The notes under the pieces: model-generated
What the model was told of the DNA's origin: nothing
Database searches by the model: none
Seen by the model: only the letters and a program-made list of their open reading frames with translations
Source of the DNA: Macrostomum lignano
Lineage: Eukaryota
NCBI GenBank assembly: GCA_002269645.1
Contig: NIVC01000102.1
Span: 1 to 64,000 of the forward strand
Direction of reading: 5' to 3'
Length of the DNA stretch: 64,000 bases
Program-made: the position numbers and the translations under genes
In this document: positions 1-15,664 of the stretch, in pieces
How the letters are laid out: each line of letters begins with the position of its first letter
Numbering within the stretch: position 1 is the stretch's first letter

Positions 1-587
1 AATGTTTCATTATGCTTTTTGTCTTTCTTATTATTCAAAATCTTTTTAGTTGTTTCTAAATCAGTTTCCATCACAAAATTAAAGTATTATAGTAGTTTAA
101 TAATTTATTTGCTTTGTTTCAGCCCATTATACCAAACCACTGTTTCAGCTGGCCAACTTATTTAGCTCTCTATTTTATGATAACATGTATTCTGTAGTCC
201 TTCAACATTATTTTGGTTCGAGTGCGCCGCTCTAATCTTGAGGTGCCAATGTTTAGAGTTCATAGTCCCCAGACTGAGAGTCCCCTTTCACGACAATAAA
301 TAATTAGTTAATGATCGGAGGCTGAGCTTTACGGGCATGAATTCAAGGTAGTAGAGCACCGGCCGGGTCGCATACACGTAGCCCTAGCAACATTTAAACC
401 GTCACCAATTCGCCACTCAACATGTAGAACCAACTTCGGGCACTTCCGGCACTGCGAGTTCACTCGATTCAGTTGAAGGGTAGGCAGAGGCAGAGAGCCA
501 GCATTCTGCCTTAAACTGACTGACTGAATTCATTCTCATAGCATCGCTCTATGCAAATAAGCCTGTCAGCCTCGTCAGCTGTTATCA

Positions 588-1080
588 AACCAACAGCTCC
601 GCTGCATTCCGCCGCTCCCCCAACAGCTCCGCTGCTTTCCGCCGCTCCCTCAACAGCTCCGCTGCTTTCCGCCGCTCCCCCAACAGCTCCGCTGCTTTCC
701 GCCGCTTCCACCAACAGCTCCGCTGCTTTCCGCCTCTCCCCCCAACAGCTCCGCTGCTTTCCGCCTCTCCCCCCAACAGCTCCGCTGCTTTCCGCCGCTC
801 CCCCAACAGCTCCGCTGCTTTCCGCCGCTCCCCCAACAGCTCCGCTGCTTTCCGCCGCTTCCACCAACAGCTCCGCTGCTTTCCGCCGCTCCCCCAACAG
901 CTCCGCTGCTTTCCGCCGCTCCCCCCAACAGCTCCGCTGCTTTCCGCTGCTTCCACCAACAGCTCCGCTGCTTTCCGCCGCTCCCCCAACAGCTCCGCTG
1001 CATTCCGCCGCTCCCCCCTAACAGCTCCGCTGCTTTCCGCCGCTCCCCCAACAGCTCTGCTGCTTTCCGCGGCTCCCCCC
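588..1080. repeat. ~30-bp minisatellite (CCCAACAGCTCCGCTGCTTTCCGCCGCTCC)
   Basis: About 16 tandem copies visible. They explain the overlapping repetitive ORFs at 511-1160. Confidence 0.95.
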
Positions 1081-1663
1081 GCATGCCTCCATGCCTCCAG
1101 ATCTAGATTCCTTGATTCTATCCGTGATCCAAAGATCCAACTATACAATATCTCTATCAATCAAACACTAAGTTTGCTGCTCAATCTGCTTTCCATATAC
1201 CTTGCTTGAGGAGCATATGGATCAGTGAAGTCTAGCCAGTGTCGTTTAGATCGTCAAAAGCAATACAGCATGGCATTACAATGTATTTCAAGCGATTCAA
1301 ACGGCTATTACGCTAGTAGCATTCAACAAGATTGGTTTTGGCGCCACGCAATGTAAAATTTTTGGTACAATGTTACGTCAGTAGATACGAAGTACTATAA
1401 TAATTGTAATGCAGAACAGCGGCAGTAGCTAAATAATGACACCCGAACTTGAATTTTGCGGTAATATTACACGCAATAAATAGCATTGACATCGGAAGGC
1501 AATAAGTAAAACAGTAATAAGTATAAGCTATTGAATCGCGAGTACGCGATATGCACCATCACAGTTCGCAGCTATATAGGCAATTTGTTTTGAAGAGAAA
1601 ATAACAACAAGGCACACCCAGTATTGTTGAGTCAAAAGTAACAGTTCACAATGGGAGGCGGTG

Positions 1664-2285
1664 TCAGATCAGTTCTCTCAGTGCGAGCTCTCTAAAGGCG
1701 GCAACAGCGTGCGCCTGGCCAATCACCCCAGCGCCATCCAACAGGCAATCCGCGACGCGACTCGCCCGGCCGTAGCCCCGGCGCCAGGGGCCCTGCATCG
1801 TGAGCAGCAGGACGTCTTGCACTGGTTGAGAACAGTAGGCCTCCGCGTGGATGGTGTGGCCCGCCAGCTGATGTCTTCGCCTGCGGAGGGTCTCGCTAGG
1901 TGATCGCAGCAGTCTGGCAGCGCGGCGTTCTGCAGGACGACTCGGATGGAGCGGAAGGCCACCCAGGCCAGGCCCCTGCGTCGCGCCAAGTCCTCCTGGA
2001 CACTGGGCACAAGATCGCCGGGGTACGTGAAGCACGCGCAGCGAGGTAGAGCTGCTGCATGACCGTCGGGTGTCCCAGCAGGTGATTTTGATAGGCAGCT
2101 CCGCAGGTACAGTCATCACCTCCGTCTTCTCGATGTTCACCGCTAGCCCGACCGATGCCGCAGCTGCCACCAACCAGGCTGTCTAGCATGCGCTGAGCTC
2201 CCTCAGCCGTAGAGGGGGGCAGCGCCAAGTCGTCGGCGTAACCCATGAGTGACAGCCGCAGGTCCTCTGAAGACATTCAGAGGTG
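1664..2285 (-). mobile_element. Non-LTR retrotransposon 3' fragment (RTE-like RT), internally deleted and frameshifted
   Basis: GYADDLAL (YADD at 2229-2240), GLAVNIEKTEVM, FRYLGSL, then C-terminal LRRRRHQLAGH..QPVQDVLL, spread over three frames. Confidence 0.8.
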
Positions 2286-2289
2286 CGAG

Positions 2290-3350
2290 GACATTCTGAA
2301 GAGAGAAAAGAGAAATATTATTTTTCACTTGTGAAAAGGATAATTAAATTTTATTAGCAGAGCTACGAGAAAGGGTGAGGCTGAATAGGAAAATAGGGTG
2401 GGGCTGGAGGGGCGAAGAGGTTGAGGCTGGGGTAGGAGAGGGTGAGGCTGGAGGGGAGGAGAGGATGGGGCTGAAGAGGAGAGAGTGGGGCTGGGGGAAG
2501 AAGGGGGTGGGGCTGGAGGGGACATGAGAGCGAGGCTGAAAGAGAACAAGGGTAGGTCCTGGAGAGAAGGATAGGGGTTGGAAGGAAGGAGATGGTAGGT
2601 TTGTGGGGAGAAAAGGGTGAGGATTCAACTGGAGGACATAGTAGGGCTAGAGGAGGGGACGAGGGGGTATTGAAGGAAAGAAGAGAGTAGAGGATAGGGG
2701 GTAGGAGGACGAGGTTGGAGGAGAAAAGGTGATGTTAGAGAGGAGAAAGGGTGAGGGCTAGACAGGAGGGTGAGGCTAACGGAGAGAAGAGGGTGAGGCT
2801 GCATGGAAGGAGGGTAGGACTGAAGGCAAGGAGGGTAGGGCTAGAAGGAAGGGGGTGGGGCTACAGAAGAGAAGAGGGTGGGGCTGGAGGGTAGGAGGGT
2901 GAGGCTGGAGGGGAGAAGAGGGTGGAAGCTGGAAGGGAGGGCAGGGCTGGAGGGTAGGAGGTTGGGGCTGGAGGGGAGAAGAGGGTGGAAGCTGGAAGGG
3001 AGGGCGGGGCTAGAGGGTAGGAGGGTGGGGCTAGAGGATAGGAGGGTGGGGCTGGAGGGTAGGAGGGTGGGGCTGGAGGGTAGGAGGGTGGGGCTGGAGG
3101 GTAGGAGGGTGGGGCTGGGGGAGAAGAGGGTGGAAGCTGGAAGGAGGGCAGGGCTAGAGGGTAGGAGGGTGGGGCTGGAGGGAAGGGGTGGGGTGGGCTA
3201 CAGAAGAGAAGAGGGTGGGGCTGGAGGGAAGGAGGGTGGGGCTAGAGGGTAGGAGGGTCGGGCTAGAGGGTAGGAGGGTGGGCTGGAGGGAAGGAGGGTG
3301 GGGCTAGAGGGTAGGAGGGTAAGGCTGGAGGGAAGGAGGGTGGGTCCAGG
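2290..3350. repeat. Purine-rich degenerate ~21-bp tandem repeat (GGGTAGGAGGGTGGGGCTGGA)
   Basis: Visible G/A-rich repetition. The 2878-3252 ORF is a translation of the repeat. Confidence 0.9.
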
Positions 3351-3779
3351 TACAGAGTGGGTCACACTGCTCTGGGTCCAGGTACAGAGAGTAATAAATA
3401 AGTGCTAATTACACCTGAGCGCAAATTAATTAAGTAAAGCCAAAGTGGTACAGGTGTTAATTACACCCGCGGAAATAATAACACTCAAAGCCGACTTAGA
3501 TCAGGTGTTAATTACACCTGTTTTACGTCATAGACAATTTCAATTATCGCGGAGGCCCAACATCGGCCAGCAGGCCGGGGTCGGCGACAAGCTCTTCAAT
3601 GTCTTCAAGCTCTTCAATGTATTTGTTTAGCTTCACTTTTTCCCCATTTCAATACTTTAAAAAAGAATCAATAATACAAATAAATCGAATGCGCGCTTGG
3701 AGGAATTCAGCCGCCTAAATTTGTTTTCTGGTCTTTTTATAATAACCAAGATTATAGGTCATACTGCTCTCAATGTACC

Positions 3780-4065
3780 TGTAGATGAGCCTGAGCACAA
3801 GCTGAGAGATCCTTTCCTTTTCATGGCGTTGAGCGTGGGCCATGGTGACGCCAGCTATTCTGGAGAAGTCTTGTTTTAAATTAAGATCCTTATATCTAGA
3901 GTGACACCCAATAAGGCTGCAGAGTCAAAGCATTGTATGTCGTCCTTGCCAAGTTTAAGTGAAGGCTTTTCGGGGCCCTGTGATGTGGTCACCTAGCTTT
4001 GTGCTTAAAGAACTGGCCTTATGGTTTTTGTTGGATTAATGGTGATGCCAACGTCGTCCAGCCAT
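3780..4065 (-). mobile_element. Degraded LINE RT thumb-region fragment
   Basis: Minus-strand translation with stops: WLDDVGITINPTKT...LKLGKDDIQCFDSAALLGVTLD, resembling the W...INPxKT...YLGVxLD motif of non-LTR RTs. Confidence 0.45.
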
Positions 4066-4469
4066 TTTTTCCAAATCAAAAAAAATCAGCACTTTTTTGG
4101 AGAAAAATACATGTATATCAAAAGTTGCTAAAAAGTGGGACGTGGGAGGCCAGGTACCATTGATGGCCCCGGCCCTCCTACTTTAAAAGTAGTAGGGGCA
4201 TGGCCCCACTGCCCCCGTTCCGACGCTTGTGATTATATAGGTAAGGAGTGAATATATACCAGGCCTTGATAGGAGACAGAATCACCCTTGAGGGACGCCG
4301 CGCGGCTTGAAGGCTTCGCTGATTGCCTCACCCTCCTCGATTTGAATCACCTGTCATCAAGATTAGCTGGAGACGATCCCGACTATGCTGAGAGAAATAT
4401 AAGTATCACATTCAAAAAAACTTACTTACGCCTAGCTAATTATAGATACATGTATAGTTGTGTCAGACA

Positions 4470-6310
4470 CCCACATCTCCGCTCCAGCCTACTCAACTCC
4501 GCTCCAGCCTACTTATCTCTGCTCCAGCCTACTTATCTCCGCTCCAGCCTACTCAACTCCGCTCCAGCCTACTCATTTCCGCTCCAGCCTACTCATCTCC
4601 GCTCCAGCCTACTTATCTCCGCTCCAGCCTACTCAACTCCGCTCCAGCCTACTCATCTCCGCTCCAGCCTACTCAACTCCGCTCCAGCCTACTCATCTCC
4701 GCTCCAGCCTACTCAACTCCGCTCCAGCCTACTCATCTCTGCTCCAGCCTACTCAACTCCGCTCCAGCCTACTTATCTCTGCTCCAGCCTACTTATCTCC
4801 GCTCCAGCCTACTTATCTCTGCTCCAGCCTACTCAACTCCGCTCCAGCCTACTTATCTCTGCTCCAGCCTACTTATCTCCGCTCCAGCCTACTTATCTCT
4901 GCTCCAGCCTACTCAACTCCGCTCCAGCCTACTTATCTTTGCTCCAGCCTACTTATCTCCGCTCCAGCCTACTCATCTCTGCTCCAGCCTACTCAACTCC
5001 GCTCCAGCCTACTTATCTCTGCTCCAGCCTACTTATCTCCGCTCCAGCCTACTTATCTCTGCTCCAGCCTACTCAACTCCGCTCCAGCCTACTTATCTCT
5101 GCTCCAGCCTACTTATCTCCGCTCCAGCCTACTCAACTCCGCTCCAGCCTACTCATTTCCGCTCCAGCCTACTCAACTCCGCTCCAGCCTACTTATCTCT
5201 GCTCCAGCCTACTTATCTCCGCTCCAGCCTACTTATCTCTGCTCCAGCCTACTCAACTCCGCTCCAGCCTACTTATCTTTGCTCCAGCCTACTTATCTCC
5301 GCTCCAGCCTACTCATCTCTGCTCCAGCCTACTCAACTCCGCTCCAGCCTACTTATCTCTGCTCCAGCCTACTCAACTCCGCTCCAGCCTACTTATCTCT
5401 GCTCCAGCCTACTCAACTCCGCTCCAGCCTACTTATCTCCGCTCCAGCCTACTTATCTCCGCTCCAGCCTACTCAACTCCGCTCCAGCCTACTCATTTCC
5501 GCTCCAGCCTACTCAACTCCGCTCCAGCCTACTTATCTCTGCTCCAGCCTACTCAACTCCGCTCCAGCCTACTCATCTCTGCTCCAGCCTACTCAACTCC
5601 GCTCCAGCCTACTCAACTCCGCTCCAGCCTACTTATCTCCGCTCCAGCCTACTTATCTTTGCTCCAGCCTACTCAACTCCGCTCCAGCCTACTTATCTTT
5701 GCTCCAGCTTACTTATCTCCGCTCCAGCCTACTCAACTCCGCTCCAGCCTACTCAACTCCGCTCCAGCCTACTTATCTCTGCTCCAGCCTACTCAACTCC
5801 GCTCCAGCCTACTCATCTCCGCTCCAGCCTACTCAACTCCGCTCCAGCCTACTTATCTCTACTCCAGCCTACTCATCTCTGCTCCAGCCTACTCAACTCC
5901 GCTCCAGCCTACTTATCTCTGCTCCAGCCTACTCAACTCCGCTCCAGCCTACTTATCTCCGCTCTAGCCTACTCATCTCTGCTCCAGCCTACTCAACTCC
6001 GCTCCAGCCTACTTATCTCCGCTCCAGCCTACTTATCTCCGCTCCAGCCTACTCATCTCCGCTCCAGCCTACTCAACTCCGCTCCAGCCTACTCAACTCC
6101 GCTCCAGCCTACTCAACTCCGCTCCAGCCTACTTATCTCCGCTCCAGCCTACTTATCTTTGCTCCAGCCTACTCAACTCCGCTCCAGCCTACTCAACTCC
6201 GCTCCAGCCTACTCATCTCCGCTCCAGCCTACTCAACTCCGCTCCAGCCTACTCATCTCCGCTCCAGCCTACTCAACTCCGCTCCAGCCTACTCATTTTC
6301 GCTCCAGCCT
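4470..6310. repeat. 20-bp minisatellite (GCTCCAGCCTACT[C/T]A[A/T]CT[C/T]C), ~92 copies
   Basis: Exact 20-bp register over 1.84 kb, with variation confined to a few positions. Confidence 0.98.
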
Positions 6311-7047
6311 AAAGTTGGGTTTATAAGAAAAACGCTAATTTAATGTTACTAGAGATTGACACAGATATAGATTATGTATTATTATTATATTTATATAAAG
6401 TTAACCGTTCACAACATTTTAGCATTTAACAACATGCACCCTATAAACAACATTCACAGGAGTCCAGGACTATGACTGTGATAGAAAAGTTTAGTCAGCA
6501 AAGCAAACAAAATTAACAAAAATAAATCTGTAAGTTAATTCAATTTAATGAATGAATGAACTAATACATTATACTAGTAAACTAGTTCATTCTAGTTATT
6601 TCTAGTGACATTCAACTAGTAAATAAAGCTTTAATAACTGTGCGCTCGATAAATAATTGAATCGTGAGGGTGGTGTTTTGTTTTGTTTTTAACGGGGGTG
6701 TTTAACGCTAAACATACTATTATCAGAAAGCCGTTAACAACATTTTATACATTCATTCCTTTGGCAGGTAGATTCCTGGTTGGCAAGCGTTTTAGCTTTT
6801 CACTGTATGCAATAAAAACAATGCAAAAATGCATACAAAACGCAAAATATGCAAAATACTGAATACAAAATTTATGCATTTCACAAAATGCTGCAGTGTC
6901 AATATAAAAGATTAAGCTTACTGCAATCAAGATGGCAAACAGCCATGGAAAAGTGCAAGTTGAGCACAGATCAGAACAAAATTACCCGATTTATAAAAGT
7001 GCAAAATCAGCAGCATTGGCGGATTTGAATTGAAATGCAATTGGATA

Positions 7048-7222
7048 TTGGGCGATTCCCACAGCTATTAGGGGCGATTCTCACAGCTATTAGGGGCGAT
7101 TCTCACAGCTATTAGGGGCGATTCTCACAGCTATTAGGGGCGATTCTCACAGCTATTAGGGGCGATTCTCACAGCTATTAGGGTCGATTTCCAGCTATTA
7201 GGGGCGATTCTCACAGCTATTT
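7048..7222. repeat. 22-bp minisatellite (GGGGCGATTCTCACAGCTATTA)
   Basis: About 8 tandem copies. Confidence 0.95.
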
Positions 7223-7469
7223 ATCATTATATTTTTACATTCAAAATACAGTCAAAGTGGCAGTCAAAGTCAGAAATTCTCCAGCTAAGTCGCCAGGCTC
7301 CGCAGCTCTTCATCAGGATCTGTTCGGGTGCCGCAAGAACCTGTGAGAGCTCCGCAAGCTGCACATGTCGGTCAGATTTTGATTTCTGCGGCATGCTAAA
7401 AGTAAAGCCAAATTGCGTAAATTTTGAATTTTCAAGCTTAATAAAAACCAATATTCAGATTCTTGATGG

Positions 7470-8030
7470 AGCACTCTACCCCTCTCCTCACTCTACCCCA
7501 CTCCTCACTCTACCCCTCTCCTCACTCTACCCCTCTCCTCACTCTACCCCACTCCTCACTCTACCCCTCTCCTCACTCTACCCCTCTCCTCACTCTACCC
7601 CTCTCCTCACTCTACCCCACTCCTCACTCTACCCTCTCCCCACTCTAGCCTCCCCTCACTCTACCCCTCTTCATCAGTCTACCCCTCCCCTCACTCTACC
7701 CCTCTCCTCAGTCTACCCCTCTCCTCACTCTACCCCACTCCTCACTCTACCCTCTCCTCACTCTACCCTCTCCCCACTCTACCCTCTCCTCACTCTACCC
7801 CTCTCCTCACTCTACCCCTCTCCTCAGTCTACCCTCTCCTCAGTCTACCCCTCTCCTCACTCTACCCCTCTCCTCAGTCTACCCTCTCCTCAGTCTACCC
7901 CTCTCCTCACTCTACCCTCTCCCCACTCTACCCTCTCCTCACTCTACCCTCTCCCCACTCTACCCTCTCCTCACTCTACCCCTCTCCTTCTCACTCTACC
8001 CCTCTCCACTGTACCCCACCTCTCCATCTA
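7470..8030. repeat. CT-rich ~19-bp tandem repeat (CTCACTCTACCCCTCTC-type)
   Basis: Visible repetition. Confidence 0.92.
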
Positions 8031-8419
8031 AACGCTCTAATTGCTAAACTCATTCTCTCATTAGTTTTTCTACCATCCCCATTTAAGCTTTTAAATCGCC
8101 CTCTTGCTCTCCTAAATAAAAAGTCAAAGGCAAAATTTCATCAGGATCTTATTGAAGTATTGTGTACTTTAGTGTCAGTGAGAAAACATGCCGCAAGCAA
8201 AACTGGATAGACTTTAAAGGTGACGAATACTTGAAAAATAGGTTAGCTCTGAACACCAGAGCGCGACTGAATATCCAGGTAGATCTTACTCTGAAGCTCT
8301 GTCTGATCGTACTGATAGAGGTGTACATTGTACACGTAACAGCCAAATTTCGCGATATTCCAAGTTTATTTTTCAGTCTGAACTTTTTTGGTCTCGCTTA
8401 AATGAATGAATTTTAATGA

Positions 8420-12035
<3,616 letters not shown>

Positions 12036-12071
12036 TAGATCTTGTGTTCTTAATATACTACTACCGGCTTC

Positions 12072-12130
12072 CGGGGCCGGCGCGTCCGGGGCCGGCGCGT
12101 CCGGGGCCGGCGCGTCCGGGGCCGGCGCCA
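12072..12130. repeat. GC-rich 15-bp repeat (CCGGGGCCGGCGCGT) x~4
   Basis: Visible tandem copies. Confidence 0.9.
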
Positions 12131-12234
12131 CTGTCCCCGGACTCGTGGGCTCGGCATTGTGCGGAAATAAAGAACTAGCAATCTGAGCAATCTGACCATA
12201 TTTGCCAACATGTGGCCTCCAGAGTGACATAATG

Positions 12235-12850
12235 CACAACATAATGCACAAGTGTAGCCAGCGCTGGCCACCCCAAACATAATGCACAAGTGTAGCCAGC
12301 GCTGGCCACCCAAAACATAATGCACAAGTGTAGCCAGCGCTGGCCACCCCAAACATAATGCACAAGTGTAGCCAGCGCTGGCCACCCCAAACATAATGCA
12401 CAAGTGTAGCCAGCGCTGGCCACCCAAAACATAATGCACAAGTGTAGCCAGCGCTGGCCACCCCAAACATAATGCACAAGTGTAGCCAGCGCTGGCCACC
12501 CAAAACATAATGCACAAGTGTAGCCAGCGCTGGCTACCCCAAACATAATGCACAAGTGTAGCCAGCGCTGGCCACCCAAAACATAATGCACAAGTGTAGC
12601 CAGCGCTGGCCACCCAAAACATAATGCACAAGTGTAGCCAGCGCTGGCCACCCCAAACATAATGCACAAATGTAGCCAGCGCTGGCCACCCCAAACATAA
12701 TGCATAAATGCAGCCAGCGCTGGCCACCCCAAACATAATGCACAAATGTAGCCAGCGCTAGCCACCCAAAACATAATGCACAAATGTAGCCAGCGCTAGC
12801 CCCCCTAAACAAAATGCATAAATGCAGCCAGCGCTGGCCACCCCAAATAT
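12235..12850. repeat. 38-bp minisatellite with an internal 12-bp palindrome GCCAGCGCTGGC
   Basis: Period 38 (e.g. 12241 and 12279), about 16 copies. Confidence 0.96.
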
Positions 12851-12859
12851 AACATTGAC

Positions 12860-14510
12860 AAATGTCAAGAGCCACCATATCGAACATGAAAGAGCTATCA
12901 TGTCAAACATTAAAGAGCCACCATGTCAAACATTAAAGAGCCACCATGTCAAACATTAAAGAGCCACCATGTCAAACATTAAAGAGCCACTTTGTCGAAC
13001 ATTAAAGAGCCACCATTTCGAACATTAAAGAGCCACCATTTCGAACATTAAAGAGCCACCATTTCGAACATTAAAGAGCCACCATGTCAAACCTAAAAGA
13101 GCCACCATGTCGAACATAAATGAGCTAGTATGTTGAACATAAAAGAGCCACCATGTCAAACATTAAAGAGCCACCATGTCAAACATTAAAGAGCCACCAT
13201 GTCAAACATTAAAGAGCCACCATGTCAAACATTAAAGAGCCACCATGTCAAACATTAAAGAGGCACCATGTCAAAACATAAAAGTGTGACCATGTCAAAC
13301 CTAAAAGAGCCACCATGTCTAACATAAAAGAGCCACATTGTAAAACATTTAAGAGCCACCATGTCAAACATATAGGTGACTTTATGTCAAACATATAAGT
13401 GACTTTATGTCAAACATATAAGTGACTTTATGTCAAAAATTAAAGAGCCACCATTTCGAACATTAAAGAGCCACCATGTCAAACATTAAAGAGCCACCAT
13501 GTCAAACATAAAAGAGCCACCATTTCGAACATTGAAGAGCCGCCATTTCGAACATGAAAGAGCTATCATGTCAAACATTAAAGAGCCACCATGTCAAACA
13601 TTAAAGAGCCACTTTATCGAACATTAAAGAGCCACCATGTCAAACATAGAAGAGCCACCATGTCAAACATAGAAGAGCCACCATGTCAAACCTAAAAGAG
13701 CCACCATGTCGAACATAAATGAGCTACCATGTCGAACATAAAAGAGCCACCATGTCAAACATTAAAGAGCCACCATGTCAAACATTAAAGAGCCACCATG
13801 TAAAACATAAAAGAGCCACCATGGTAAAACATTTAAGAGCCACCATGTCAAACATATAGGTGACTTTATGTCGAACATATAAGTGACTTTATGTCAAACA
13901 TTAAAGAGCCACCATGTCAAACACTAAAGAGCCACCATGTCAAACATAAAAAAGCCACCATTTTGAACATTGCCATTTCGAACATAAAAGAGCCACCATG
14001 TCAAACATAAAAGAGCCATCATGTCAAACATTAAAGAACCACTTTGTCTAACAATAAAGAGCCACCATTTCGAACATTAAAGAGCCACCATGTCGAACAT
14101 TGAAAAGCCACCATGTGAAACATTAAAGAGCTACCATGTCAAACCTAAAAGAGCCACCATGTCGAACATAAAAGAGCCACAATTTCGAACATAAAAGAGC
14201 TACCATGTCAAACATTAAAGAGCCACCACTTCGAACATTAAAGAGCCACCATGTCAAACATAAAAGTGCCACCATGTCAAACATTAAAAAGCCACTTTGT
14301 CAAACATAGAAGAGCCACCATGTCAAACATAAAAGAGTTACCATGTAGAACATAAAAGAGCCACCATGTCAGACATTGAAAAGCCACCGTATCAAACATA
14401 AAAGAGTTACCATGTAGAACATAAAAGAGCCACCATGTCAACATAAAAGAGCCACCATGTCAAAGATTAAAGAGCCACCATGTCAAACATAAAAGATACA
14501 CAATTTCAAA
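12860..14510. repeat. 23-bp minisatellite (AAAGAGCCACCATGTCAAACATT), ~70 copies
   Basis: Visible tandem copies with point variants. Confidence 0.96.
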
Positions 14511-14599
14511 CGTAAAAGTAAGCTAATTTTAAAGGAGCCGCTATAATGCTATGGAAATTGTCGCACTAGCTACTTTTTTTCTGGTGGATGCTTGCTATC

Positions 14600-14700
14600 A
14601 TGGTGGATGCTTGCAATCTGGGGGATGCTTGCAATCTGGGGGATGCTTGCTATCTGGGGGATGCTTGCTATCTGGGGGATGCTTGCTGTCTTGGGATGAT
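14600..14700. repeat. 18-bp repeat (TGGGGGATGCTTGC[A/T]ATC) x~5
   Basis: Visible tandem copies. Confidence 0.85.
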
Positions 14701-14819
14701 TTCTTTTAGCATTGCACTTCATTTTAGTATTTTGTCTGTTTTCTTTGTGAAGGCTTTATTTCGCTATCTTTTTGTTACTTGTAGAGAACAGAGATTCAGA
14801 TGTAGAGAACAGAGAACAG

Positions 14820-14851
14820 ATGTCCCCCAACGGGGGGCGAAGATTGCTAGT
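14820..14851 (+). mobile_element. Helitron-type 3' terminus
   Basis: Hairpin CCCCC-AAC-GGGGG (14824-14836), a 10-nt spacer, then CTAG (14847-14850) followed by T. This is the canonical rolling-circle 3' end. Confidence 0.55.
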
Positions 14852-15664
14852 ATGCTCCTCATAATTGCAGTCTCGCAGACCGGTCGTATGCTACGAGCGT
14901 ACTGTAGAAGCAAAATATAAAACGCCCTGCTGCATACTGATTTGCGCAGCAGTCGATTCCAGCGCGTGTGCGTACATGTGTGCACTACCCCTACAAAAAT
15001 TGCGCTATGCGACGACAAGTGTAAACGTGAAGCTTTGAAAGTCAGAAATTAATTCGGATAGACACTACATGTATTGATGTAATGGTAGGTGGTGACTGTG
15101 AAATGATATGAATGATACATATTTCGAAACGATAAAAAGCTGCGCCGGCAATTCCGAGAGGGAGAGAGAGTTATAAACTAAGAAACGTCATTCAACAGAG
15201 TGCGAATTTTGCTGCATAAATATGCGAAATAAACGCACATTCCTTCTTCAACACAGCTGCGACGTAGTGAAGGTGCACAAATCTAGCTGTGTAAATTATC
15301 ATAGCATCTAGAAACCTTTTTTGTTACTTTTTTCTAGCAAATTAGCTTCGTGCACACGATCGTAGGCTTTATAAGTGTATTTCACAGCTTTTTAATAATT
15401 TACATGTACTTCCAAATGCAATTATTTTCATCGCGCAGGTTCTGCGCACAACTGGATCATTCCGAGCCAATCAAGTCAAAGCTCACTCAGCCAAGGTGTA
15501 CATTCCCCCCGCGACCCCACCAACCCCCATGATCAGATTTGATAGTAAAGCGGGAGTCACACCCACTCACTCTCGGCCACAAACCACAATCAGCACTAAC
15601 CTCATACAGAAAACCTACCAAACTGACAACCAGCAATAGCCCCTGACATTGTGCCGCAATCAAA

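Noticed and set aside
511-1160. Mucin-like or Ala/Pro-rich ORFs
   Set aside because: A 30-bp repeat open in multiple frames on both strands.
4288-6343. Three overlapping 560-630 aa ORFs
   Set aside because: All three frames are open only because the 20-bp repeat lacks stops on this strand. There is no evidence of coding.
12860-14510. Dozens of perfect Kozak sequences (GCCACCATG)
   Set aside because: They are part of the 23-bp unit. Each ATG reaches a stop within about 20 codons and there is no evidence of transcription.
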